A DNA stretch of 61,863 bases, from contig SHWA01000003.1 of the NCBI GenBank assembly GCA_009693995.1, forward strand, positions 1 through 61,863. The letters run 5' to 3'. The position numbers were made by a program, and so were the translations under genes. A model generated the notes under the pieces. The model was not told the DNA's origin, did not search any database, and worked only from the letters and a program-made list of their open reading frames with translations. The DNA is from Alphaproteobacteria bacterium (GTDB lineage Bacteria; Pseudomonadota; Alphaproteobacteria; SHWA01). Below, one piece after another: positions 8,539-18,275 of the stretch; the stretch's first letter is position 1, and each line of letters opens with the position of its first letter.

Positions 8539-8664
8539 ATGAAGGTGCGCAATTCGTTCAAGTCCGCGAGGTTGCGCGATCGCAACTGCAAGATCGTGCG
8601 CCGCCGCCGCCGCCTCTACATCATCAACAAGGTCAATCCGCGCTTCAAGGCGCGCCACGGCTAG
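8539..8664 (+). CDS. rpmJ: 50S ribosomal protein L36 (41 aa, below the ORF-track length cut-off)
   Basis: My own translation is [41 protein letters not shown]. This matches the MKVRxS.K.......C..VRR.GR.Y.INK..P..KARQG pattern of L36. GAAAGAGG lies upstream, and TTGACA-N18-TATGGT at 8462..8491 is a plausible promoter. Confidence 0.85.
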   Translation: MKVRNSFKSARLRDRNCKIVRRRRRLYIINKVNPRFKARHG

Positions 8665-8770
8665 CCCCCGCCCGCGGTTGACGCCCGCGCCCCGGCTTCC
8701 CACTATCGCTCCTGACTGAGGCCGCGCGCCGCACGGCCGGGCCGAAACCGCGGTAGGGACGGGACATCAA

Positions 8771-10258
8771 ATGCAGATGCCGCCACCCGAGGCTGCGACG
8801 ATCGCACGGCGGCCGCGCCTGGTGGAGCGCCTGCGCGGGATCCTGCCCGAAGATGCGGTGATCGTGGCCGAGGACGCGCTGCGTGCCTACGAGTGCGACG
8901 GGCTCTCTGCCTATCGCCAACTGCCCTTGATCGTGGTGCTGCCGGAGACGACCGAGGAAGTATCCGCCATTCTCCGCCTCTGTCAGGCGGAGGGGGTCAA
9001 GATCGTGCCGCGCGGCGCCGGCACTTCCCTTTCGGGCGGGGCGCTGCCGCTCGCCGACGGCATCACCCTCGGCCTCGGCAAGTTCAACCGCATCCTCGAC
9101 ATCGACTTCGCCAACCGCTGCGTCGTGGCACAGCCGGGCGTCACCAATCTGGCGATCACCCAGGCCGTCGCCCACGCCGGCTTCTACTACGCGCCCGACC
9201 CGTCCAGCCAGATCGCTTGCACCATCGGCGGCAACGTGGCGGAGAACTCGGGCGGCGTGCACTGCCTGAAGTACGGCCTCACCACCAACAACCTGCTCGG
9301 CCTCGAGCTGGTGCTGATGGGCGGCGAGGTGGTGCGCCTCGGCGGCAAGCACCTGGACGCGGAGGGCCTCGACCTGCTCGGCCTGATGACCGGCTCCGAG
9401 GGTCTGCTCGGCGTGATCACCGAGGTGACGGTGCGCATCCTGCGCCGCCCCGAAACCGCGCGGGCAGTGCTGGCGGGCTTCGCCTCCAGCGAGGCGGCCG
9501 GCGACTGCGTGGCGCGCATCATCGGCGCCGGCATCATTCCCGCCGGCATGGAGATGATGGACCGCTTCGCCATCCACGCCGCCGACGATTTCGCCCACTG
9601 TGGCTATCCGCGCGACGTCGAGGCGCTCCTGATCATCGAGCTCGACGGACCCGAGGTCGAGGTAGAGCACCTGCTGGACCGGGTGCGCGAGCTGGCGCAG
9701 GCCGCCGGCGCGACCGTGCTTCGCCTCAGTCGCGACGAGGCCGAGCGGGTGGCGTTCTGGGAGGGGCGCAAGGCCGCGTTCCCGGCGGTCGGGCGCATTT
9801 CGCCCGACTACTATTGCATGGATGGCACCATCCCGCGCGGGCGCCTGCCGCAGGTGCTGACGGCGATCGGCGAAATGTCGTCGCGCTATGGCTTGCGCTG
9901 CGCCAATGTGTTCCACGCCGGCGATGGCAACCTGCACCCGCTCATCCTCTATGACGCCAACGTCCCCGGCGAGCTCGCCCTTGCCGAGGAGTTCGGTGCC
10001 GAGATCCTCAAACTCTGTGTCGCCGTCGGCGGAGTGCTGACCGGCGAGCACGGGGTCGGCGTCGAGAAGCGCGATCTGATGGGGGTGATGTTCAACGACG
10101 ACGACCTCAAGCAGCAGCAGCGCGTCAAGTGCGCCTTCGATCCCGACCACCGCCTGAACCCGGGAAAGGTGTTTCCGGTCCTGCACCGCTGCGCCGAACT
10201 GGGGCGGCTGCACGTGCAGCGGGGGCGCCTGCCGTTCCCGGACCTGCCGAGGTTCTGA
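8771..10258 (+). CDS. glcD: glycolate oxidase subunit GlcD (FAD-linked oxidase)
   Basis: 495 aa. PRGAGTSLSGGALP is the FAD-binding PCMH motif, and the C-terminal GEHGVG is typical. glcE and glcF follow. Confidence 0.9.
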   Translation: MQMPPPEAATIARRPRLVERLRGILPEDAVIVAEDALRAYECDGLSAYRQLPLIVVLPETTEEVSAILRLCQAEGVKIVPRGAGTSLSGGALPLADGITLGLGKFNRILDIDFANRCVVAQPGVTNLAITQAVAHAGFYYAPDPSSQIACTIGGNVAENSGGVHCLKYGLTTNNLLGLELVLMGGEVVRLGGKHLDAEGLDLLGLMTGSEGLLGVITEVTVRILRRPETARAVLAGFASSEAAGDCVARIIGAGIIPAGMEMMDRFAIHAADDFAHCGYPRDVEALLIIELDGPEVEVEHLLDRVRELAQAAGATVLRLSRDEAERVAFWEGRKAAFPAVGRISPDYYCMDGTIPRGRLPQVLTAIGEMSSRYGLRCANVFHAGDGNLHPLILYDANVPGELALAEEFGAEILKLCVAVGGVLTGEHGVGVEKRDLMGVMFNDDDLKQQQRVKCAFDPDHRLNPGKVFPVLHRCAELGRLHVQRGRLPFPDLPRF

Positions 10259-11484
10259 TGACCGCGACCGTCAAGCCCGGAGCGGTGGCCGAGGTGCGCG
10301 ACGTGGTCGCCTGGGCGGCCGGCGAGCAGAAGCCGCTCGAGATCGTCGGCGGCGGCAGCAAGCGGGACTTCGGGCAGCCGTTCCAGGCCGCCTACCGGCT
10401 GGATCTTTCCGGCCTCGCTGGTGTCACCCTCTATGAGCCGGCGGAGATGGTGCTGACCGCCCTGGCCGGAACCAGGCTCACCGAGATCGAGGCCCTGCTC
10501 GCCGAGCACGGCCAGGAACTCCCCTTCGAGCCGGGCGATTGGGGGCCGATCTACGGCCTGACGCGCGGGGCGAGCACCCTCGGGGGCGTGATCGCCTGCA
10601 ACCTGTCGGGTCCGCGCCGGGTGAAGGCGGGGGCGGCGCGCGACCACTTCATCGGCCTCGCCGGTATCAGCGGGCGGGCCGAGGTGATCAAGTCCGGCGG
10701 GCGCGTGGTCAAGAACGTGACCGGCTACGATCTCTGCAAGCTGCTGGCGGGGTCCCATGGCCAGCTGATGGCGCTGACCGAGATCACGCTCAAAGTCGGC
10801 CCACGCGCCGAGAAGGCGCGCACCTTGTTGCTGTTCGGCCTGGACGAGGTGCGTGGCTCGCAGGCACTGCGTTCTGCGGCGGGCAGCCCCTGCGAGCCGA
10901 GCGGGCTCGCCCATCTGCCAGCCGCCGTCGCGGCACGATCGCGGGTGGACCTGGTGGTTGAGGCGGGCACCAGCGTCACCGCCATCCGGGTCGAGGGACC
11001 GGGGCCGTCGGTGGACTATCGGCTCGCCCGGCTGAAAGAAACCCTGGCGGTCGGGGTCAGGTGCGAGGAACTGCACAGTATGCGCTCGCGGAAATTGTGG
11101 GCGGAAGTGCGCGACGTAGCCCCCCTGTTGCCGGACGCCGGCCGTCAGCTCTGGCGGCTATCGGTGCCACCTGCCTCCGCCGCCGAGGTGGCGGCAAACC
11201 TGAGACAAGATTTGGGGGAGGGGGTGGAATTGCTGTTCGACTGGGCCGGCGGACTGATCTGGCTGGCACTGCCGGCGCTTGCCGACGCCGGGCAGGCCCA
11301 CGTGCGCGCGGCGCTCGCGGGCGGTGGGCACGCGACCCTGGTGCGCGCCGACGTGGAGACGCGCGGGCGCGTCGCGGTCTTTCCACCCCTTGCGCCCGGG
11401 CTCGCCGCACTCGAGCACCGGGTGCGCGCGGCGTTCGATCCGCTTGGGCTGTTCAATCTCGGGCGGCTCGGCCTAGCGGCGTGA
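10258..11484 (+). CDS. glcE: glycolate oxidase FAD-binding subunit GlcE
   Basis: Start is MTATVKPG at an ATG overlapping the glcD stop (TGATG). LEIVGGGSKRDFG and VKNVTGYDLCKLL motifs are present. Confidence 0.85.
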   Translation: MTATVKPGAVAEVRDVVAWAAGEQKPLEIVGGGSKRDFGQPFQAAYRLDLSGLAGVTLYEPAEMVLTALAGTRLTEIEALLAEHGQELPFEPGDWGPIYGLTRGASTLGGVIACNLSGPRRVKAGAARDHFIGLAGISGRAEVIKSGGRVVKNVTGYDLCKLLAGSHGQLMALTEITLKVGPRAEKARTLLLFGLDEVRGSQALRSAAGSPCEPSGLAHLPAAVAARSRVDLVVEAGTSVTAIRVEGPGPSVDYRLARLKETLAVGVRCEELHSMRSRKLWAEVRDVAPLLPDAGRQLWRLSVPPASAAEVAANLRQDLGEGVELLFDWAGGLIWLALPALADAGQAHVRAALAGGGHATLVRADVETRGRVAVFPPLAPGLAALEHRVRAAFDPLGLFNLGRLGLAA

Positions 11485-11491
11485 AGGGGAC

Positions 11492-12832
11492 GTGATGGAG
11501 ACCCGGTTTTCGGCCGCGCAACTCGCCGACCCAGATGTCCGGGCGTCCGAGGCGATCCTGCGCAAGTGCGTGCACTGCGGGTTCTGCACCGCGACCTGCC
11601 CGACCTATGTCCTGCTCGGCGACGAGCTCGACAGCCCGCGCGGCCGAATCTACCTGATCAAGGACATGCTGGAGCACTCCAAGCCGGCATCGGCGACGGT
11701 GGTCAAGCACGTCGACCGCTGCCTTTCGTGCCTGTCCTGCATGACCACTTGCCCGTCGGGCGTGAATTACATGCACCTGGTCGACCACGCCCGCCAGCAC
11801 ATCGCCGCCACCTACCGGCGGCCGCTGCTCGACCGGGCGCTGCGCCGTCTGCTCACCCTGGTGCTGCCGCATCCCGGCCGGCTCCGCCTGGCGATGATCG
11901 GCGCCGCATTCGCGCGCCCCTTCGGTTCGCTCCTGGGCGCGCGGCTCTCGGCCATGTTGTCCCTCGCGCCCAACCTGCCGCCGCCGCCCGCGCCCCATGG
12001 GCGGCCACAGGTCTTCCCCGCGAACGGTGCGCGCCGCATGCGGGTCGCGCTGTTGGCGGGGTGCGTGCAGCAGGTCGTGCGGCCTGACATCAACGCCGCC
12101 ACCATCCGCCTCCTCACCCGGCTGGGTTGTGAGGTGGTGGTGGCCAACGGCAGCGGCTGCTGCGGGGCGATCGCGCACCACCTGGGTGACGGCGGGCCGG
12201 CGCTCGAGGCGGTCCGGGCGAACGTCGCCGCCTGGGACCGCGAGGTGGCGCAGGGCGGCCTCGATGCTATCGTCGCCAACGCCTCCGGCTGCGGCACCAT
12301 GCTCAAGGACTATGGCTTCTTGCTGCGCGACGACACGGCGTGGGCGGCGCCGGCGGCGCACATCGCCGGCCTCGCCCGCGATGTGAGCGAGGTGGTGGCC
12401 GCGCTCGGGATCACGCCCACCCGAACCGGGCCGAAGCTCGCGGTCGCCTACCACTCCGCCTGCTCGCTGCAGCACGGCCAGAACGTGAACCGCGAGCCGC
12501 GCGCGCTGCTCGCGGACGCCGGATTCGCGGTCTCTGAGATCGCCGAGGGCCATCTCTGTTGCGGCTCGGCCGGCACCTACAACATCCTGCAACCCGCCCT
12601 CGCCCGCCGGCTCGGCGAACGCAAGGCGGCTGCCATCGACCAGACCGGGGCCGCTATGGTCGCCACCGGCAACATCGGCTGCATGATGCAGCTCGAGGGG
12701 CGCATCCGGGCCCCGATCGTGCATACTGTCGAACTGCTCGACTGGGCGACAGGAGGTCCAAGGCCGCCGGCGCTCGCGGCCGCTTGGACCGGACAGCATC
12801 CGTGGCAGGAGCGCGTGGAGGCAGCAGAGTGA
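11492..12832 (+). CDS. glcF: glycolate oxidase iron-sulfur subunit GlcF
   Basis: Two ferredoxin-type clusters (CVHCGFCTATCP, CLSCLSCMTTCP) followed by CCG domains (HLCCGSAGTY). Confidence 0.9.
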   Translation: MMETRFSAAQLADPDVRASEAILRKCVHCGFCTATCPTYVLLGDELDSPRGRIYLIKDMLEHSKPASATVVKHVDRCLSCLSCMTTCPSGVNYMHLVDHARQHIAATYRRPLLDRALRRLLTLVLPHPGRLRLAMIGAAFARPFGSLLGARLSAMLSLAPNLPPPPAPHGRPQVFPANGARRMRVALLAGCVQQVVRPDINAATIRLLTRLGCEVVVANGSGCCGAIAHHLGDGGPALEAVRANVAAWDREVAQGGLDAIVANASGCGTMLKDYGFLLRDDTAWAAPAAHIAGLARDVSEVVAALGITPTRTGPKLAVAYHSACSLQHGQNVNREPRALLADAGFAVSEIAEGHLCCGSAGTYNILQPALARRLGERKAAAIDQTGAAMVATGNIGCMMQLEGRIRAPIVHTVELLDWATGGPRPPALAAAWTGQHPWQERVEAAE

Positions 12833-13389
12833 ACTGGCTTCGCAAACTTGTCGCGGCGGTCGCCGCATGCGTGCTCCTGGGTATTGTCCCCTCCTTCGCC
12901 GACCAGAAGGACCCGCGGCTCGACGAGTATTTCGCGCGCCTCTACAAGTCCGCCAACGAGGCCGAGATCGCCACCCTCGAGCAGCTCATCTGGCGCACCT
13001 GGGCCGAGACCGGCGACGCCACCATCGACCGGCTGTTCCGGGAAGGAGTGGAAGCGATCCAGACCTTCGACTTCTCCAAGGCACTTTATATCTTCACCGG
13101 CATCACCGGGCGGCTGCCGGACTTCGCCGAAGGGTGGAACAAGCGCGCGACCCTCTATTTCATGATGGAGGAATACGGCAAGTCGCTGGCCGACGTGGAC
13201 GTGACCTTGAAGCTTGAGCCACGCCATTTCGGCGCCCTCGCTGGCCTCGGCCACATCCGCCTCCGGCTCGGCGATCTGGAGGACTCGGTCAAGGCGTACG
13301 AGTATGCGCTCAAGGTGAACCCGCACATGCCCGTGGTGCGGTTGCAGTTGGAGCAGGTCAAGCAGGTACTCTCCCGGCGCCGGGCGTAA
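12829..13389 (+). CDS. secreted tetratricopeptide-repeat protein
   Basis: GTG start overlapping the glcF stop (GTGA). Signal-like VNWLRKLVAAVAACVLLGIVPSFA. TPR-like helices (AEGWNKRATLYFMMEEYGKSLADVDVTLKLEPRHFGAL...). Confidence 0.7.
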   Translation: MNWLRKLVAAVAACVLLGIVPSFADQKDPRLDEYFARLYKSANEAEIATLEQLIWRTWAETGDATIDRLFREGVEAIQTFDFSKALYIFTGITGRLPDFAEGWNKRATLYFMMEEYGKSLADVDVTLKLEPRHFGALAGLGHIRLRLGDLEDSVKAYEYALKVNPHMPVVRLQLEQVKQVLSRRRA

Positions 13390-13393
13390 GCCC

Positions 13394-14857
13394 TCAGCCG
13401 CCCGCGCCCTCGCCCGCGGCCTCGGCCCCCACCCACGCGATGCGCAAGGTGTTGGTGGCGCCCGGCGTGCCGAAGGGGACGCCGGCGGTGATCACCACCC
13501 GGTCGCCTTCCTGGGCGAAGCCCTCCTGGAAGGCGATGCGGCAAGCGCGCTCCACCATGTCGCCGAAATTGCGCGCATCCCGCGTCACCACGCCGTGCAC
13601 GCCCCAGGCGAGGCTGAGCCTGCGCGCGGTCGCGGCATTGGTGATCAGGGCGAGGATCGGCACGTTCGGGCGCTCGCGCGCGGCGCGGAGCGCGGTCGAG
13701 CCCGAGGTGGTGTAAGTGACGATGGCCTTGGCCCGGACCGTCTGCGCCACCTGGCGCGCGGCGGCGGTGATGGCGTCGGCCGCGGTCGCCTCGGGATCGG
13801 CGTGGTCGAAGTCCATGATGCGCCGATAGAGGGTGTCGCTCTCGGCCTTGGCGATGATGCGATCCATCATGGCGACCGCCGCCACCGGGTTGGCGCCGGC
13901 CGCGGTCTCGGCGGAGAGCATCAGGGCATCCGCCCCGTCATAGGTCGCGGTGGCGACATCGGAGGCCTCGGCCCGGGTCGGCGCCGGCGCGGTGATCATG
14001 GATTCCAGCATCTGGGTCGCGATCACCACCGGCCGCCCCGCCCGCCGGGCAAGGCGCACGATCTGCTTTTGCAGGCCGGGAACGTCCTCGGGCGGCAGCT
14101 CGACGCCCAGATCGCCGCGCGCGACCATCAGGGCATCCGACAGCTCCATGATCTCCTGCAGCCGGTCGATCGCGGCTGGCTTCTCGATTTTGCTGATGAT
14201 TGCGGCACGACCCTGGATCAGGCGCCGCGCCTCGGCCACGTCGTCGGGGCGCTGCACGAAGGAGAGCGCGATCCAGTCGGCGCCGTGGTCGAGGGCGAAT
14301 TGCAGGTCGGACCGGTCCTTTTCGGTCAAGGCCGCGATCGGCAGCACCGCCCCCGGCAGGTTCATCCCCTTGCGGTCCGAGAGCTCGCCGCCAGTGATCA
14401 CCGTCGTCTCGGCCGTATTCCGCGTGCACTTCTCGACCCGCAAGCGAATCCGCCCGTCGTCCAGCAGCACTTCGAGGCCGGGCGCGAGGGCGGCGTAGAC
14501 CTCGGGATGGCGGAGACTCGCCCGGGTCGCATCGCCGGGCGCCTCGCTGGTATCGAGCTTGAAGCGCGCGCCGGCCGCGAGCGTGACCTTGCCGCCGACG
14601 AAGGCGCCGACCCTGAGCTTCGGGCCTTGCAGATCGGCCAGGATGCCGATCGGCCGGTCGACGCGGCGCTCGAGTGCCCGGATCGCCCCGATCACCCGGG
14701 CGTGGTCTTCCTGGCGGCCATGGCTGAAGTTGAGCCGAAACGCGTCCGCGCCGGCCTCGAACAGGGCGCGGATCGTGGCGGGTTTGGCGCTGGCGGGGCC
14801 GAGGGTCGCCAGGATCTTGGCCATGCGGCGGCGGCGCATGGCGGGGAGATTAGTCAC
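13394..14857 (-). CDS. pyk: pyruvate kinase
   Basis: MRRRRMAKILATLGPAS...FRLNFSHG...ILADLQGPKLRVG. The GTG at 14857 overlaps the upstream stop, and ATGs at 14839 and 14824 are alternative starts. Confidence 0.9.
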   Translation of the reverse strand: MTNLPAMRRRRMAKILATLGPASAKPATIRALFEAGADAFRLNFSHGRQEDHARVIGAIRALERRVDRPIGILADLQGPKLRVGAFVGGKVTLAAGARFKLDTSEAPGDATRASLRHPEVYAALAPGLEVLLDDGRIRLRVEKCTRNTAETTVITGGELSDRKGMNLPGAVLPIAALTEKDRSDLQFALDHGADWIALSFVQRPDDVAEARRLIQGRAAIISKIEKPAAIDRLQEIMELSDALMVARGDLGVELPPEDVPGLQKQIVRLARRAGRPVVIATQMLESMITAPAPTRAEASDVATATYDGADALMLSAETAAGANPVAAVAMMDRIIAKAESDTLYRRIMDFDHADPEATAADAITAAARQVAQTVRAKAIVTYTTSGSTALRAARERPNVPILALITNAATARRLSLAWGVHGVVTRDARNFGDMVERACRIAFQEGFAQEGDRVVITAGVPFGTPGATNTLRIAWVGAEAAGEGAGG

Positions 14858-16152
14858 GCTTCGCCCGCGCGCCTAGAGTCCTCGGACGGGCGCTCGATGA
14901 CGACCGCCCTGAAATCATTGACGTTGGTCCGGGTCGGGCCGGTCAGCACCAGATCACCGAGGGCGGCGAAGAAGGAATGGCTGTCGTTGCCGTCGAGGTG
15001 CGCCCGCGCATCCAGCCCCGCGGCCCGCGCGCGCGCCAGCGTGTCGGGTGCGATCACCGCCCCGGCCGCCGCGCCTGCGCCGTCGATGCCGTCGCTGTCG
15101 GCGGCCAGCGCATGCACGCCGGGGGCGCCGCCGAGGGCGATGGCCAAGGCCAGCAGAAACTCGGTGTTGCGCCCGCCGCGGCCCGGGCCCCGCACCGTGA
15201 CCGTGGTCTCGCCGCCCGAGAGCAGGACGCAGGGCGCGGCGACGGGCTGGCTATGGCGCAGCACCTGGCGCGTGATACCGGCGTGCACCCGCGCCACCTC
15301 GCGGGCCTCGCCCTCGATCGCATCGCCGAGGATGAGCGGCACGTAGCCGGCGCGGACAGCCACGGCGGCCGCGGCTTCGAGTGCTCCTTGCGGGGTCGCG
15401 ACCAGGGTGACGCGGCTCCGCGCGAGGCGGGGGTCGCCGGGCTTCGGCGTCGCCGCCGCCGGCGTCGCCAGGTGGCGCGCGACCGCATCCCGCACCGCGA
15501 TTCCGTGGCGCGCGAGGACCGCCACCGCGTCGGCGGCGGTGGTCGGGTCGGCAACCGTCGGACCCGAGGCGATGGTCGCCGGATCGTCGCCCGGCACGTC
15601 GGAGATGATCAAGGTGACACAGGGCGCCGGAAAGCACGCGACTGCGAGCCGGCCGCCCTTGAAGGCGGAGAGATGCTTGCGCACGGTGTTGATCTCGCCG
15701 ATGGCGGCGCCCGAGCGCAGCAGCGCCGTTGTCACCGCCCGCTTCTCCTCCAGGGTGATGGTGCCGCCCGGCAGCCCGGTCAGGGCCGAGCCGCCGCCCG
15801 AGATCAGGCAGAGCGCGAGATCGTCGGAGCTGAGCGACTGGGCGCGGGCCAGCAGGCGGCGTGCCGCCGCGGCGCCGCGCGCATCCGGCACCGGGTGCGC
15901 CGCCAGCGCCACCTCGACCCATCGGGTCGGGGTCGCGTGGCCTTCGGGAACCACCACCAGGCCCGAGAGCGGCCCCGGCCAATGCGCCTCGACGGCCTGG
16001 GCCATCGCCGCCGCCGCCTTGCCCGCGCCCAGCACCACGGTCCGGCCCTTGGGCGGGGGCGGCAGATGCGGCGGGATCGCGTGCGCCGGATCGGCGGCCG
16101 CCACCGCCGCGGCGAACAGGCGGCGCAGGAGGTGCAAGGGGTCGCTCGCCAT
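14854..16152 (-). CDS. glycerate 2-kinase / hydroxypyruvate reductase-type protein (DUF4147 + MOFRL)
   Basis: 432 aa. VVLGAGKAAAAMA near the N-terminus, LLSGGETTVTV...GRGGRNTEF in the MOFRL domain and C-terminal TGPTRTNVNDF. Confidence 0.85.
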   Translation of the reverse strand: MASDPLHLLRRLFAAAVAAADPAHAIPPHLPPPPKGRTVVLGAGKAAAAMAQAVEAHWPGPLSGLVVVPEGHATPTRWVEVALAAHPVPDARGAAAARRLLARAQSLSSDDLALCLISGGGSALTGLPGGTITLEEKRAVTTALLRSGAAIGEINTVRKHLSAFKGGRLAVACFPAPCVTLIISDVPGDDPATIASGPTVADPTTAADAVAVLARHGIAVRDAVARHLATPAAATPKPGDPRLARSRVTLVATPQGALEAAAAVAVRAGYVPLILGDAIEGEAREVARVHAGITRQVLRHSQPVAAPCVLLSGGETTVTVRGPGRGGRNTEFLLALAIALGGAPGVHALAADSDGIDGAGAAAGAVIAPDTLARARAAGLDARAHLDGNDSHSFFAALGDLVLTGPTRTNVNDFRAVVIERPSEDSRRAGEA

Positions 16153-16239
16153 GGTTATGGGGTTCCTGGTCTCCAGACGAGCCTTAACAGCCGTTCCGGT
16201 TTCTCCCTATAGTGCCCGCGGACCGTACCCTCGGAAACC

Positions 16240-17058
16240 GTGATGAACCATCGGCCCGCGCCCTTCCCCGCTCGCGGCTCCCTGCTGGGGCCGGAGGATG
16301 CGCCGCCGGTCGCGGTGATCAATCCGGACGGGAAGGCGCAGGTTCTCCTGTTCGCCGATCACGCGGGCCGCGCGATCCCGCGCCGGCTCGGCCGGCTCGG
16401 CCTGGACCGTGCAAGCCTCGACCTCCACATCGCCTTCGACATCGGCGCGCGCCTTGTGGCGGAACGCCTGGCGGAGCGGCTGGGCGCGCCGGCGGTGCTC
16501 GGCGGCTACTCGCGCCTGGTGATCGACTGCAACCGGCCCGTCGGCCACGAGACCTCGATCCCCGAGGTCAGCGACGGGATCCGGATTCCCGGCAATGCCG
16601 GGTTGGAGGCGGCGGATGCGCGGGCGCGGGACGAGGCGATCCACCGTCCCTACCACGACACCATCGCCGCTTGGGTGAGCCGGCTCCTCGGCGCGGGCCG
16701 GCCGCCGGCGGTGATCTCGGTGCACAGCTTCACCCCCGTGATGCGCGGCTTCCGCCGGCCGTGGCACGTGGGCATCCTGTGGAACCGGGACCCGCGCCTC
16801 GCCGTGCCGCTGCTGCGCCAATTGGCGGCGACGCCAAGTGTCGCGGTCGGCGACAACGTGCCCTATTCCGGCACCGACGAGTTCGGCTTCTCCATTCCCT
16901 TCCATGCCGAGCGCCACGGGCTGGCCCATGTTCAGCTCGAAGTGCGTCAGGACCTGATCGCCGAGGCGGCGGGCGCCCGGCACTGGGCCGACGTCATCGC
17001 CGACGCCCTCGCCGCGCCGCTCGCCGATCCCGGCCTCTACCGCCTGAGCCGTTACTAG
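16240..17058 (+). CDS. N-formylglutamate amidohydrolase family protein
   Basis: 272 aa. LLFADHAGRAIP...YSRLVIDCNR...ISVHSFTP...HVGILWNRD are FGase-family motifs. Confidence 0.8.
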   Translation: MMNHRPAPFPARGSLLGPEDAPPVAVINPDGKAQVLLFADHAGRAIPRRLGRLGLDRASLDLHIAFDIGARLVAERLAERLGAPAVLGGYSRLVIDCNRPVGHETSIPEVSDGIRIPGNAGLEAADARARDEAIHRPYHDTIAAWVSRLLGAGRPPAVISVHSFTPVMRGFRRPWHVGILWNRDPRLAVPLLRQLAATPSVAVGDNVPYSGTDEFGFSIPFHAERHGLAHVQLEVRQDLIAEAAGARHWADVIADALAAPLADPGLYRLSRY

Positions 17059-17060
17059 CC

Positions 17061-18164
17061 GTGCCGGCCAAGCCCGCGTTCACGCTCGGCATCGAGGAGG
17101 AGTATCTGCTGGTCGACCGGCAGACGCGCGCCCTGGTCGCCGAGCAGCCGCCGACCATGATGGCGGAATGCGAGGGCCTGTTGCGGGGCCAGGTGGAGCC
17201 CGAGTTCCTGCGCTGCCAGATCGAGGTGGAGACGCGCGTCTGCCAGACCGTCGCCGAGGCGCGAGCCGATCTCGCCCATCTGCGCGGGACGGTGGCGACC
17301 GTCGCCGCGCGCCACGGCCTCGCCATCATCGCCGCCGCCACCCATCCCTTCGCCCGCTGGCGCGAGCAGCACCACACCGATAGTGCGCGCTTCCACACTC
17401 TCGCCCGCGAACTGGAAGGCGTGGCGCGGCGGCTGGTCATCTGTGGCATGCACGTTCACGCGGGCATCGCGGACGAGGACCTGCGCATCGACCTGATGAA
17501 CCAGATGCGCTACTTCCTGCCGCACCTGCTCGCGCTCTCCACCTCCTCGCCCTTCTGGGAGGGGGAGGACAGCGGCCTCATGTTCTACCGCCTCTCGGTG
17601 TTCGATTCGCTGCCGCGTACCGGACTACCCGAGCGCTTCGAGAGCGCCGGCGAGTTCAACCGCCTGGTCGCGCACCTGGTCGAGGTGGGCGTGATCCCCG
17701 ACGGCTCCAAGCTCTGGTGGGACATCCGCCCTTCGGCCCGGTTTCCGACGCTCGAGATGCGCATCACCGACATCTGCACCCGCCTCGACGACGGGGTGGC
17801 GATCGCCGCGCTCTACCAGTGCCTGCTGCACCGGCTGTGGCGGCTGCGCGAGTCGAACCAGCGCTGGCGCATCTACCCGAACCTGCTGGTGGAGGAGAAC
17901 CGTTGGCGCGCCCAGCGCTACGGGCTGAAGGGCGAGCTGATCGACTTCGGCAAGTGGCGGGCGGTGCCGTACCCAGAGCTCTTTGCCGAGCTGCTGGAGC
18001 TGGTGGCGGAGGACGCGGCCATCCTCGGCTGTCAGGCCGAGCTGGCGGGCGCCCGCGACATCCTCAGGCGCGGCACCAGCGCCCACGCCCAGCGCCGGGT
18101 CTTCGCGGACGCGCGGGCGGCGGGCGCCACGCCCGCCGATGCCCTCGCCGCCGTGGTCGACTAG
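17061..18164 (+). CDS. ybdK: carboxylate-amine ligase, YbdK / glutamate-cysteine ligase family 2
   Basis: GTG start 3 nt after the previous stop. FTLGIEEEYLLVD...EFLRCQIEVETRVC...CGMHVHAGI...LLALSTSSPFWEG are family signatures. Confidence 0.8.
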   Translation: MPAKPAFTLGIEEEYLLVDRQTRALVAEQPPTMMAECEGLLRGQVEPEFLRCQIEVETRVCQTVAEARADLAHLRGTVATVAARHGLAIIAAATHPFARWREQHHTDSARFHTLARELEGVARRLVICGMHVHAGIADEDLRIDLMNQMRYFLPHLLALSTSSPFWEGEDSGLMFYRLSVFDSLPRTGLPERFESAGEFNRLVAHLVEVGVIPDGSKLWWDIRPSARFPTLEMRITDICTRLDDGVAIAALYQCLLHRLWRLRESNQRWRIYPNLLVEENRWRAQRYGLKGELIDFGKWRAVPYPELFAELLELVAEDAAILGCQAELAGARDILRRGTSAHAQRRVFADARAAGATPADALAAVVD

Positions 18165-18275
18165 CTGATCGGCGAGACCGTCGCGGGGGTGGAAGCCCAC
18201 TCAGCCAGGCCCGATAATGGCCGCCAGATGAGCCCGCCCGGCATGGGCCGGCACCGACTCGAGGAGTGAGACGCG

